A stretch of DNA of 64,000 nt from Malacoraja senta. Lineage: Eukaryota. The position numbers and the translations under genes are program-made. The DNA is taken from assembly GCA_038087875.1 (NCBI GenBank), contig CM075978.1, positions 180,172,001-180,236,000 of the forward strand. Direction: 5' to 3'. Below, one piece after another: positions 1 through 11,735 of this stretch (position 1 is its first letter; every line of letters starts with the position of its first letter). Below the pieces are notes generated by a model. That model was not told where the DNA came from. It worked only from the letters and a program-made list of their open reading frames with translations, and did no database searches.

Positions 1-212
1 TAGACTCGCATTCTTCGTGCTTTTAATTGACCTCGTCACTTTCCTGCCGACGGGAAAGCAGTTTATCACAATAGGACAACTTAAAACGGTTCAAACAATA
101 GCGCGGTTAACTCGTCATAATAACATTGTGATACAATTCTCAAGTGAGACAAACGAGTAAACGTCCATTCCAAGGAAACAAAATACATAATATATTTGTC
201 TCTTTGTTAAAG

Positions 213-509
213 CTCCCCCAACTCCGTTGAAAATCATTCCGTTTAAAGGAACTTCATCGCAGTCTCGGAAACTTGTGTGTAAAACGGCGAGCTTTTATCC
301 GGAAAAAATAGAAATCTCCTGGCGGAGAAATAACGAAGAAATTCTGACCGGAATAGAAACGGTAAAAAATAAAAGCACAGAGGGATTGTATGAGGTTTCC
401 AGTTTTTTGGAAGAAATTAAACTTGCTTGGAGCGACGCCGTTTACACCTGTTTGGTATCTCATGTTTCCCTTGAGGTGCCAGCAGCTCTCAGCTACATCG
501 TCAAAAAAG
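213..509 (+). CDS. Receptor gene 1, Ig C1-set domain exon (phase 1-1)
   Basis: AG at 211-212, GT at 510-511, 297 bp open. Encodes APPTPLKII..LVCKTASFYPEKIEISW..YTCLVSHVSL, with the C1 FYP/W and YxCxVxH motifs. Paralogous to 14102 and 39578. Confidence 0.92.
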
Positions 510-785
510 GTAAGATTGTCAGTACTTGCAGCCAAGAGCGGGTGTATATGCCCAACCTGGTTAGAATTTAAATATACAGCTGCTCAAACACGGGGACAAT
601 GCCTAGATGCGACCCGTGTTTATTCGTAATGAGAGATCAATGTTTCAAAATCACAAATCAATCATGGAGCAAGAAGCTCAAAGGCTAATTGAGGTGTTCT
701 GTGTTATCGCTAAATCCCTAAATGTGTATATATTTCTATATATTATATCGTTCACATTTTCCCTGTTTCTCTCTTGATCCATAAG

Positions 786-884
786 ACGCAGATAAAAACC
801 TAATTATCGGATGCGCAGTTGGTGTCTTGGCAATTTTAGTTTTGGCCATTATCTTGATAAGACACCAATTAAAGGCACAAAATG
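786..884 (+). CDS. Receptor gene 1, transmembrane exon (phase 1-1)
   Basis: ataag| ... g|gtgaga, 99 bp. Encodes DADKNLIIGCAVGVLAILVLAIILIRHQLKAQN. Same size as the gene 2 TM exon. Confidence 0.88.
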
Positions 885-1203
885 GTGAGAATTATACACA
901 TTTTACAGTATTCTCGGTCTTAATCATAATGGTGGTTAAAAAAACCAAGGGCAGTTAATGGTATTCGATTGCAAAACAATGAAATAATTGAGAATAAAGC
1001 TGACCATTAACAATGACAAAAAGAAATCTCAAGATATAAATCTTACATCTTCCCATGTCAATATTTCAATCGTCGTATCTTTTTGTTGTCTCCATCGGTT
1101 ATTGTTCATGATTTGCAACTTGTTACCATCATCGCAGTTCCAAATATTTACAGGAAACAATTATGCGCAGATCTTGATTGTGTTGGCGCAAAATAGGTTT
1201 TAG

Positions 1204-1256
1204 GTCACTACTACTCTGATAGCCATCCACAGTTTGATTTCCATTGTGATTTTGAG
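1204..1256 (+). CDS. Receptor gene 1, cytoplasmic linker exon (phase 1-0)
   Basis: ttttag|gt cac ... gag|gtataa; GHYYSDSHPQFDFHCDFE. Same position, phases and GH start as the gene 2 exon at 15639. Confidence 0.55.
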
Positions 1257-1334
1257 GTATAACATGACAGCTGAGGCCTATAACATTTCGTTGCATTCAA
1301 AGATACATTCCATTGTGTTTCACACCTTTAAGAG

Positions 1335-1496
1335 GATGAGAAGGTAATGTATAAAACACAACCTTATAACAATGGGTTATGCTTAAATCATCCATATGGT
1401 GCCCGCGGGCGTTCTTCATTTGGGCGACAATATCGATTGGCATCAAAGTACAACCTTCATGGGCAGCAACTCATACAAGCAAATCCGACAGGGTGA
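1335..1496 (+). CDS. Receptor gene 1, candidate terminal tail exon a (phase 0)
   Basis: Open 53 codons, DEKVMYK..NNGLCLNHP..SSF..QQLIQANPTG*. Aligns loosely with gene 2 exon a (DENIISF..NNNLNIP..TSF..HNLIYSKVKG). The acceptor is weak. Confidence 0.4.
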   Translation, partial: DEKVMYKTQPYNNGLCLNHPYGARGRSSFGRQYRLASKYNLHGQQLIQANPTG

Positions 1497-2051
1497 ATAA
1501 CTTCGTATTTTTCAAACAAGAGTGTACTTTACTTTAGACTTTTAGACTTTAGACTTTAGAGTGTCTCAAAGAAGGATTACATGTCAGCAAATGGCATGTG
1601 TTAATTCCATAGAATCTTAGAATGTCGTAGGAGAGAAATAAACTATTCTATCCGCGTTACCTCTTTATTTTCATAATACCTACAATGACTATTTTAAAGT
1701 TCCCGGTGAATCTACTTTCAGCATCCATTAATGAGTGCATCAGGGTTGTAAACACGAGAGAACATGGCGCGTGGATATCAATGTGGGAACTTTTGCAGTT
1801 ATCCGTTGATTGAAGTGAATATATATTTAACGGCTCCACATTGTGATAATGAAAGTTAATTTCACGTACATCTCAGAAACATTTAATCTCATAACCTTAA
1901 AAGTGTAAATCGTCTGATAATTTGGGCATTTCATTAATTGCGCAGATTGCGAATCCACATTGCTAGAATTAACAACAGATTGCGTACTCACTTTAACATG
2001 TTTAGCACTTTCCAACAATCAAACTTAATTTTCCGGGTCCATCTTTTATAG

Positions 2052-2722
2052 TGATACAACTAAATACAATTGGCGAATTAAAAGGCACATACATGAAGGA
2101 GCCGGGAAGATATCATCCTACCCAGCATCGATAAACAACGCCACAAAAATGCGAAAGCCAATAATGACCCCGAAGCACAAGCGTTCGGTAATTCACCGAA
2201 ATTCGGTAGTGGTGCCGAAGCCGAGGGATATTAAGCAGGGTGCAGTGATAACACTTTCAATCTACCAAGTATGCAATGGGGTCAAGGAACGAACGTTCAC
2301 GTCGCGGCCCTGTTTTCACCAATCTATCCACCACCACGCACAAGAAGCACAAGAAGCGCAAGACAGACACCATTGTATGCAGATGCCGAGAAGTGTGTTC
2401 AGCTCTGGTTGAACAACTTCTAATCTTGTGTGTGGTCTCGATAAGAAGAGTACGCAATGTTGGATGATTTCAGCCAAAGTACAATATGATCAACTCTATT
2501 TCCTAGCGACCGTTGATTTCCTGACAATTGTGCAGGCAGGTTCAACGTAGAATTTACCCCATGAGAATATAGGTTAAACGGTCCATCAGCGAATCTTAAA
2601 ATTATACTTTGCATTATCAGCATTTTTAATGGTTAATATTAAATGTTTGCTACTTTAATTCTACTATTCGTCTGCCCCCTTAAGCAGATTCCATTTACGT
2701 TCATATAAATGATCGACGATAA
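2052..2722 (+). pseudogene. Receptor gene 1, disrupted tail cassette c (2052-2187) and c2 (2688-2722, SIYVHI ITIM)
   Basis: DTTKYNWRIKR matches gene 3 NAVQYKWKIKK, but the frame is offset by one base from the acceptor. A TTCG|GT donor is present. The phase-1 exon at 2688 encodes DSIYVHINDRR*. Confidence 0.4.
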
Positions 2723-3193
2723 CGAAGAAAGCTAATGTTCTGTGGGCCAGGAATGATTAGTAGCACCGAAGATCAACACTAAGTGAAATCAGGGAAAGAA
2801 AGTTAATGAAGAATGGCAAAAGAAAATCTGATAACAATTTGCTACTTACAGATCAATGGAAGATCTCTAACTAAACTAAAGTAAAAAGACAGAATAGGCC
2901 ATCCCAGCAGTAGCGCGCAATAAAGTTTTCGAATAAACTACTGTTTTCTCAACTCATTAGAAGCAGTTCCCCAGCTTGAAGTAAAGCACTTTTATTCCCG
3001 TGCCCGTATATCATTAAAGATGGCTGATAGCAATTCCATATTTGTTTGCACGTAGGTGCAGTCTCATGGATTATTATGAATCCTGAAATGTATATACATT
3101 CTCTATGAGACTGGTAGTATTTTGTTTCAAAATCGTATTCTTTGTGCCACCAGAGGGTAATGAACTAATGAACAATATAAATTACTTTCACAG

Positions 3194-3343
3194 ACTAAAG
3201 ATGATCAATTCTACGTTGTATTATGTCGGTTTGCAGTTACTCAACTCCAATCAACAGTAACATTTAACCACCAAGCGGAACATGTACCTTATGCAGATGG
3301 AAATGTTTTAAAGAAGGAGCGAAACTGGGAATCGAAGCTGTAG
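3194..3343 (+). CDS. Receptor gene 1, candidate terminal tail exon d (phase 0)
   Basis: Acceptor attactttcacag is identical to the gene 2 exon at 19955. Open 49 codons, TKDDQFYVVL..EHVPYADGNVLKK..*. An ITIM-like LYYVGL sits in a shifted frame. Confidence 0.55.
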   Translation, partial: TKDDQFYVVLCRFAVTQLQSTVTFNHQAEHVPYADGNVLKKERNWESKL

Positions 3344-4179
3344 ACTGTGAGCAAGTGCAGCCCGAAATATTGCTACTTTCTGATCATTGCAGCCAAGCTA
3401 ATGAGGTAACTCCGAACTCCCATGGTAACAATCGTGGGAGTTGCAGATCATTTTCATCTGCATTGAGGCAATGTTTTGGTGTAAGTGGCCATCATTTAAC
3501 AAGCATCCAACGCTTCCATTTCTGAAAGCAGGGATGAAAGTGCCAGTTTACATTTGTAGTAAATTTTAAAAATCGTGTTCGTTTATTTTACTTCTGTTGT
3601 CAAATGTGAATAATTTCGCTGGTGCTTTGTGAAGAAACTATGGCCACCTGTTCGTGATAACATGTCACTTAATGACTGATTTAAAAAAACTGCCGATTGT
3701 TCAACCAATATATTTTCTCTTCATTAAATTCCATGCTTTTTCAATGCATCTGAGTCTTTGTTCCTCTCATTTGTTTCGAAATACACTAGCGTTAACACAA
3801 ACTAGAGAAGGAAATCCGAAGAAACCTATCAACCAATCACGTGCACCACCATTGAATACACTTGTAATGAAATGGAATTAGTCAGTCATGTGATGATAGC
3901 CTGGCGGAGCAAAACGCCCCAGTGACGTCAGTGGCATAGCCGCATACAATGGAACAGAAGATGTAAGTTCTGCACTGATGGTTCCATTTGCCCAGACATT
4001 ACTGTTGGTAACTTCATATGTTCCACGTAAAAAGCAAAGCAAATCAGTACGTGCAGCAGCATTTAGTGACTGGAAGCACCAGCAGACCTTGGCGGACTAA
4101 GCGCTCGTGTTCGAAGATCCACACCCCCCCCCCCTCGCGACACACACACACACACAGACGCGCGCATACACACACACCC

Positions 4180-4410
4180 TTCCCTTCTTACATGTACACC
4201 GCCGCCTTCTCAACATGACAATTTCACCCATCATCTGCATGCACTGGATAGGTTTTGTCCCACCCCAGCTATCTTCCAGGCTTAATCCACACTATTCCAT
4301 CAGTCTTAAGAAGGGTTCTAATCTGACACGTCGTCTGTCCATTCCCTCCACAGATGCTGCCTCGCCTGCTGAGTTCCTCCACCGCTTTGCTGTTTTTCTC
4401 AAGATCCCAG
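4180..4410 (+). mobile_element. Penelope-like element 3' remnant
   Basis: Degenerate copy of the ctgaagaagggt..gatgctgcc..gctgagtt..ctcca terminal repeat found at the end of the element at 49061-51155. Confidence 0.55.
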
Positions 4411-5164
4411 CAATGGCAGTCTCAGATATCTTAATGTGTAGTAACCGTCTATGCAGCTCCCTGCGGACTGTGTTCTGGATGCTGAAAACAGTGCGCCCAC
4501 TTGTCACTTTATTCATCCTGTACGTCCCATTATGAAATCATTCAGATAAATAGATGAAAAACTAATGTCACTTAATCAAATACGATTGATTCGTCTTGGA
4601 TGATTTATGATTTTCAATATATCCTGATAATTCTTTACGTAAAAAATATATGGTGTCACAAGAGACTGAACGGGCTAGAATCTTGAACTGCAAGAAATCA
4701 GCAGCCAGGCAAAATCTGTGGAGGCAAATGGAGAGACGCCCTTTCGGATTGGATCCCGTCTTCAGACTGGCCTTCAGAGATGTATGTCACTTGGTCACTT
4801 ACATAGGCAGATATATATTTTTTACATTAAATCCATTGTGCTGTATTCAACTAAAGCTATCAATTAAATCGTTCACACTGGATGGTGATGCAACTTAATA
4901 ACTATCAAGACTGTGCACAAATTGCAAACTGTTTATAATTCTTTCCACTGATGCACCTATGACATAGTGAAATAATGTGAATGCCAGAGTGTGCCACAGG
5001 CCATATGTATGCTCTTGCTCTTGGGATGATGTGGCAATTTATTCGTGTTTGCCTATCCCTTCTCTCTTCTCAATAGCGCGATTTCCCCTTATCTGAAATT
5101 ATAATCTACTGCTCTTGTGAATAGTTTAATAACATTAACTCTTGTGAATGAGTTTAACTTGTCA

Positions 5165-5290
5165 TAAGGTCATAAGTGATAGGAATAGAATTAGGCCATT
5201 CGGCCCATCATGGCTGATCTATTTCTCCCTCCTAACTCCATTCTCCTGTCTGCTCCCCATAACCCATGACACCCGAATTTACCATGAACT
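5165..5290 (-). mobile_element. CR1-type LINE 3' tail fragment
   Basis: cataaggtcataag tail plus aggccattcggccc, as at the other CR1 3' ends in the window. Confidence 0.55.
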
Positions 5291-5479
5291 TGTGCCACCG
5301 ACTCAAGCAGCAGGCCGCATACCTGAAAATCTGGATACTTTATTTCAAAATAAACTATCCACAAGATTGACCAGGACAATTATCTGCAAATTCTCTTCGC
5401 TAAGTACTATTCCTAATGACCACAGGAAATCGATTTCCCGCAATTTAGTAGCGAAGCACAAACCTCCGCATAACCCTAC

Positions 5480-6005
5480 CAGATCTCCCATTACTAAACA
5501 CTTTAACACCCCCCCCCCCTCCCATTCCCATACTGCCTTTCTGTCCTGGGTCTCCTCCACTGTCAGAGTGCGGCTCAATGCAAATTGGAGGAAGAGCACC
5601 GAATATTTCGCTTGCGAAGTTTACCCCACAGCGGTATGAATATTGACCTCCAACTTCAAGTAACCCTTGCTTTCCCTCTCTCTCCATTCCGCTCCATTCT
5701 TACTTCTCAGACCAGTCTGAATATTCTCCTGATCAAATTTTACCCCTGTATGCTTCGTTGTCACCTTCCCCTAGCTAACAATGATCTATTCTACATTTTC
5801 CTTGAGCTTCATTCCCTTTGAAGTCTCACACTCACACTTCCATACCTATGTGTCGCCCTCTCTCCTGACCCACAGTCTGAAGAAGGGTCTCGACCCAAAA
5901 CGTCACCCATTCCTTCTATCTAGAGATGCCGCATGTTCCGCTGAGTTACTACAGCATTTTGTGTCAATCTTCCGTGTAAACCAGCATCTGCAGTTCCTTC
6001 CAATA
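5480..6005 (+). mobile_element. Penelope-like element 3' fragment (GIY-YIG C-terminus and terminal repeat)
   Basis: ctgggtctcctcca..aaattggaggaa..atatttcgctt aligns with 50827-50900, followed by the terminal repeat at 5875-6005. Confidence 0.75.
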
Positions 6006-6663
6006 CACAATTCGTGAAATGTGCATAGGAGTCTTTTTTGAAGGAAATCGTGCAATAATATAAAATTCATCGTTTTCTACAGACTTATTCCTTTAGCCTT
6101 AGTAATCTGGTGCCAACTAAAGGGAGGAACAGGGAGGAACAGGCAGTACAAGAAGCACAAACAGCTATGAAGCCATTAGCTTAGCACCGGGCCACAAGTG
6201 TGGAGTAAGGCAGGTCCATCAGAGAGGAGGAAATTGGTTGTTAGAGCAGGTACATCGTCAGAAGGAAGCAGCGAGATGTATAAGGCCAGTAGCTCAGGTT
6301 AAGCAGGGACAGAGGATGAATTGGGAAAGTGTAGAATAGAGAAGATTTAAATGGAGGAATTTATGGTGCATAGAGGTTCTGACCTCCCACCATCGACGGG
6401 ATTTACCGGAGTCGCTGCATTAAAAATGCAGTCAATATCATCAGAGACCTACACCACCCTAGCCACACACTAATTTCACTCCTGCCATCGGGAAGTAGGT
6501 ACAGGAGCCTTGAAACTATGATATCCAGTTTCAGGAATAGCTTCTTCCCTACAGCCAATAGGCTATTAAACCACAACCTCCAAATAAGCTCTAAACTACA
6601 TAGACTATTATTGTTATTATTGCACTATTATTGTTTATTTGTTTTTATGTGTGCGTATATATA

Positions 6664-8024
6664 CTAGACTAAGTGGGACCCGTTGGGACCCTGGATCACA
6701 CGGGAGGGCTTGTCCCCCGACGCAATATTCCACATCTCCACCAATTCCAATATTGGTGGTCAGTGGGGGGGGGGTGCGGGGGCTTTCTGGAGCGCTAGTA
6801 TGGGTGTTGTGGGCTGAAGGGACTGGTTTCCAGAGGGCTAATATGGACACAGTGGGCCGAATAGATTCTTGGGCTGGCGGCTCAGTCACTCAAGCCTGTT
6901 GTGCTGGCAGCTCACTCACTCACGGCTGGTGGGCTGGCAGTTGACTCACGGCTATTCCTTGAAATTCCATTTCAAGCAGGGTGCAAGGCCACCAAATTCA
7001 AGTGCAGTTTCATACCATTTCAAGCAGGGTGCAAGGCCACTAAAGACAGCAATCGTGACCTCTCCCTCCTCCATCTTGCAGAGACTGAGCCACGCCCACA
7101 CCTCTGGGCTTTATAGTCCCTTCCCCTCCCACCAGAAGGGGCGTGGCCTTCATTGCCTGATTGACAGGAGAGAGAATCTCAACATTTATTAAACACTATT
7201 AATAACTTTTATTTTCATCGATGGGAAAAATCCTCGGCACCTGATGAGCGGAGGGGGGCTTTGAGTAAGATGGCCAAAAATCGCAGCCGTACGTGGTAGC
7301 GTTGTTTCTAAAACCAATATAAAGCATAAACAGGTAGTGGTCAAGATTAGACTTTTATTATATAGAAGGCAAGGCAACTTTAATTAGGCAAGGCAACTTT
7401 AATTAGGCACGGCAACTTTAATTAGACAAGGCAACTTTAATTAGGCAAGACAACTTTAATTAGGCAAGGCAACTTTAATTAGGCAACACAGCTTTAGCAT
7501 TTCCAAACCAAAGGCAACACAGCTTTAGCATTTCCAAACCAAAGGCAACACAGCTTTTGCATTTCCAAACCAAAGGCAACACAGCTTTAGCATTTCCAAA
7601 CCAGAGGCAGCACAGCTTTAGCATTTCCAAACTATATTTTCAAACCACATTAAGGGCACTGACAGGTCAGTAAAACCACTCACAGATTGGTAGACATGTG
7701 TTCAGTGTTATTCACAGCTCAGATTGAGAGACATGACCCTCTCGCTCCCCCATCTTGCAGAGACTGACTGAGGCACTTTACACTTCCGGGTTTTATAGTC
7801 CCTCCGGAAGGGGCGTGGCCTTCAAGGGAGAGAATCTCAACATTTTTAAAACACTAATAACTCTTTTATTTTTCATCGATGGGAAATATCCTCTTGTCCT
7901 GCTCAGCGGAGGGGGTTCTGGCCAAATATGGCCAAAACGCACAGCAATAAGTGGCAGCGTTTTTTCTAAAATCAATATACAGAACAACAGGAAGTGGTCA
8001 AGATCAGACTTTTAGTAATATAGA
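6664..8024 (-). mobile_element. Non-autonomous Helitron, composite with a duplicated 5' segment
   Basis: Minus strand reads A|TCTATATTACTAAAAG ... GGTCCC-AAC-GGGTCC hairpin, ACTTAGT, CTAG|T, with no TSD. A second 5' end lies at 7366. Internal minisatellites. Confidence 0.82.
7367..7632. repeat. Two adjacent minisatellites (about 19-bp AGGCAAGGCAACTTTAATT and about 31-bp GGCAACACAGCTTTAGCATTTCCAAACCAAA)
   Basis: Tandem copies are directly visible inside the Helitron. Confidence 0.9.
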
Positions 8025-8454
8025 TATATGTGTGTGTGGAAATGTATGTTATATATACACACACTTTACTTTTTTCCGTTTATTGTATTGCTTACAGTGT
8101 ACTATGTTTACATATTCTGTTGTGCTGCTGCAAATAAGAATTTTGTTGTTCCATCTGGGACATATGACAAAAAAACGCTCTTGACGTATTTTCTTCTGAG
8201 ACTGGCCACCTGGCTGAAGAATTGGAAATTACGAGAGGCACGGATAGTGTTGTTCGTCAGAACCTATGAAAGATAGGAAGGTATTGCTTTAACGGCAGAT
8301 GTGTAGAGTTATGCTGGGCCAGTTTTTTACGCAGAATGTGCCTGGAACGCGTTACCAGGGGGTGATGGAAAAATATACGACAGCAGTTTTTGAAGAGTCT
8401 TTTCGATAGGCACATAAATATGTACAAAGGAATTGCAGATGCTGGTTTAAACCG

Positions 8455-8548
8455 AAGATAGACACGAAAAGCTTGAGAACTCAGCGGGACAGGCAGCATC
8501 TCTGGAGAGATGGAATAGGTGACGTTTCGCGTCGAGACCCTTCTTCAG
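8455..8548 (-). mobile_element. Penelope-derived short repeat with hammerhead-like core
   Basis: Reverse complement reads CTGAAGA-AGGGTCTCGACGC-GAAAC-GTC. Confidence 0.7.
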
Positions 8549-9261
8549 AAATATTGCAGGCATGGTGGGATGTGGATCATATGCAGATAGAGGAGATTAG
8601 TTTATCTTCGCATCATGTTCCGCGTAGACATACTAGGCCGAGAAACCCGTTGCCGTGTTTAACTTGCATGTTTTATGATCTATTTGCTTTTGGAGACATG
8701 AGTTCGATTCTCACTACTTCATCTGCGAATTATAAATCTGCATATTTAAATTAAATTGTGTATATGCGTATACGCCGTCCTTGCTCTGTTCTTTTTAAAA
8801 TGCCTCTTATTTGTTCCATTAGGACGAAGCGTTATGCCCTCCGAATCAGATATGTTTTAGACTTATGCTTGTAATCCGCAAACACGAATGTGTCCATGCG
8901 AGCTTCTGCAAAGTTTCTATAAAAAAGATGGATCGAAACGAAGTTTTTTTTCTATCATCTACTGATTAACTAATCATCTACTGACTAACTAACTGACCAC
9001 TGCATTTCTAGCTTGACAAAATAGAAATAACACACAGCATGAGAATAGAACTGTTCTCGCGAGTCTGCTGGCGACGTCATGGAAAGGCTTGCGGTTGAAT
9101 GCTGTGCCTATCTGAAACAAACAAGTCACCGGACGGCTCGCGTTATCACTTTAGAAACTTAAGTGTAGAACAAGAAGTTTAATTTAAGACCATTTCTTAA
9201 AAGTCTGCCTCCGTCAATGAAACATTTCTAAGGTTGTACTGTAATCTTCATTATTTCGCAG

Positions 9262-9348
9262 GTAGACACAAAATGCTGGAGTAACACAGCGGGACAGGCA
9301 GCATCACTGGAGAGAAGGAATGGGTGACGTTTCGGGTCGAGACCCTTC
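9262..9348 (-). mobile_element. Penelope-derived short repeat, truncated within the CTGAAGA core
   Basis: Same family as 8455. The CTG of the core is missing. Confidence 0.65.
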
Positions 9349-9944
9349 TTTCCTTCTTTATTGTTCTTTCCTTCAATATTTCGTGTTCGTTCTGGGAAAA
9401 AAATAAATACGAGGCAAACTTCTTCATGACAATTAAATGGCTGATTTGTAAATGTTACCCTTTCTCTAAGAGCATGGAACTCTGTGCTATTACCTGGCGC
9501 ATTATAAGTCAAGATGAAACAAAATGACTCAAAAATATTTCTGTTTCATCATTCTTGCCTGCTTGGAGTACCGGGTATTTCATATGGTTGACGCGTTGTC
9601 ACTCTTGCTCAGAAGAGCAGAGACGTGTGGTGCCTCTCCGGCATAGAGGAGCTGAAACATATCCGCGAGGGTTACTGGAAAAACTACCCCTGTGCACTTG
9701 ACCTATGTGGGTGCGCTTAGTACATACTCCATACAACATTTGACAAGTTGTGATGATTCTATCGACAAAAAGAAGATATCGTCTGTAATTAGAGGTAACT
9801 TGCTGGCATTAACTATGGAGTTCATAGACTTTAGGAGCCGCTCGAATGGATAAGGTGGACTGGCATAATGTCGCAATTGATGGCCGTCGGGGATAGGCAT
9901 TTAGAGCATTTACATTTTCAGTCTACATCTAAATTCCAGTTTTG

Positions 9945-10246
9945 TTTAATTTAGTTTAGAGATGCACCGCGAAAACTGGCCCTTCGGCCCATCGGGTCAG
10001 TGCCGATCAGCGATCCCCGCAAATTAACACTATCCTACCCACACTAGGGACATATTTTCATTTACCAAGCCATTTACCTACATACCTGCACGTCTTTGGA
10101 GTGTGGGAAGAAACCGGAGAAAGAAAGCCCACACGGTCACAGGGAGAACGTACAAACTCCGTAGAGACAGTCCCCGTAGTCGGGATCGAACCCGGGTCCC
10201 CGGCGCTGCAAGTGCTGCAAGGCAGCAACTCTACCGCTGCGATCAC
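9945..10246 (-). mobile_element. tRNA-derived SINE (HE1-like)
   Basis: Box A/B (GGTTCGATCCC at 10182-10192 on minus) and a CR1-like tail ending in (TAAAC)n. Confidence 0.85.
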
Positions 10247-10857
10247 TTGGAAAAAAAGTTGTGGCAAGATAATTACTAGAAAATGCAAGACTGCAGATAG
10301 TTTGAAATCTGAAATTAATCACGAAATATTGTGAATTCTAGGTCGTCGAGGACAATCCGTGGAGAAAGAGAAACAGTAAATATTTCTATATTATAACGGA
10401 AATGATCAACTTGAGACGTTAGTTCTATTTCGTAATCTGACCTGTTGCATGATTCCAGTCAATTCCACCAAACGGTAGAAAACAGTATTTTCTTGTCAAT
10501 GGCAATCCAACACATCTTGTCGAAAGGAGAATAAAAACGCAATCTAACCAATTATTCCCATCAGATATTGTTAATAATATTTGGAAAACGTATCTGCGAT
10601 GAGGTCATCAACGCAGATAAGGGTCTAACGTTATGAAAGATTATCTCGTGCGTTGGTTACCATTTCTCTGTGTCAAAATAGAAAAAAATAGCCTCACAGT
10701 CGGTCCACAGTCTGCCAGTTCATTCTGGCAAACCGGAATGTTCTTATTGCAGCTCTTCGTTTGAACGGTTCGTGTCGACAGACTTAAAACCCGAATATTA
10801 CGCAATCTTTACATGAAAGTTCAAATAGAAGCCATTTACAGAAGCATTTTTTTTAGC

Positions 10858-11150
10858 AATAGTTTAGAGATACAGCGCGGAAACAGGCCCTTCGACCCAC
10901 AGAGTCCGCGCCGACCAGCGATCACCCCGTACATTAGCACTATCCTGCACGCTAGGGAAATTTTACAATCTTTACGAAGCCAATCAACCTACGAACATGT
11001 ACGTCTTTGGAGTGTGGGCGGAAACCGGAGCGCCCAGAGAAATCCCACGCCAGTCACGGGGCGAACGTACAAACTCCATACAGACAGCACCCGTAGTCAG
11101 GATCGAACCCATGTCTCTGGCGCTGTAAGCGCAGCAACTCTACTGCTGTG
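10858..11150 (-). mobile_element. tRNA-derived SINE (HE1-like)
   Basis: Same structure as 9945-10246. Confidence 0.85.
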
Positions 11151-11507
11151 ATACGGTCCTGCCCGATTTCAGTAATTTAAAAATATCCAGAAAATTACTG
11201 TACACTTTTGATTAACTGAGTAGGCAGCTGATGCATATTTAGTTCCGAGTAAAAATCTGGATGCTACGGGAGTCAACAAGGGGAGAAGACTGTGAACATG
11301 ATTCAGGAAGTATTGGAAGGCTTTGTTACAATAGGAATGGGCCGAGCTATTACCTCTGCCGCCGCACGAGCCCATTACTCAGCCTCAGTCGTGGGATATA
11401 TTACGTCAAGGTCACACGTTTCATATATTCACTCATGAATTCCTTTTCCGCAGAACGAGTTTTGAGTAAACAACTCGAACAACAAGTTGGCAATTTATTC
11501 TTGTAAT

Positions 11508-11562
11508 ATGTCGGCGAACGTTACAGTTTGGTCCGTGGCTCTTCTGGTTATACTTAGACAGG
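11508..11562 (+). CDS. Receptor gene 2, leader (signal peptide) exon
   Basis: ATG at 11508; MSANVTVWSVALLVILRQ-G; 55 bp, phase-1 GT donor. The gene 3 leader has the same size. Confidence 0.82.
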
Positions 11563-11735
11563 GTATAGTTAATTATGTGTGCCATTTCCGGTTTAAATAT
11601 TATTTTTCGAGGTCGGACCTGGTTTCGAGCTATTAGGTTAATCTATTAGGCCCTCGTGCTTTTCGACAGTTGGTTCTTCTTTTCTCTGTCCACTGTGTAC
11701 AACTGTTTCCATTGTTCTTGCTTATTTCCCATCAG

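Larger units (their letters stand above)
6370..8190 (+). mobile_element. Rex/Babar-like LINE 3' end, split by a Helitron at 6663/8025
   Basis: Recognisable RT-tail sequence (..HTLISLLPSGSRYRSL..RNSFFPTA..) at 6430-6570. The 3' UTR resumes at 8025 after the insertion. Confidence 0.55.

Noticed and set aside
1154-1196. Possible exon GNNYAQILIVLAQN in gene 1
   Set aside because: The donor is weak and there is no counterpart in genes 2 or 3. The exon at 1204-1256 fits the conserved phase pattern better.
2248-2310. WGQGTNVHV, a striking J-segment-like motif
   Set aside because: There is no nonamer at 12- or 23-bp spacing from the weak heptamer-like TGCAGTG, and no GT donor after the motif. It lies in the intron between tail cassettes and is most likely chance.
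4107-4535. 142-aa ORF with a hydrophobic C-terminus
   Set aside because: It runs through a (CA)n tract and a Penelope-derived repeat, with no splice or homology support.
7367-7632. Regular short repeats resembling a CRISPR array
   Set aside because: These are head-to-tail minisatellites without unique spacers, in a vertebrate Helitron.
9945-11150. tRNA genes suggested by box A/B motifs
   Set aside because: These are SINE heads with LINE-like tails and no complete cloverleaf.
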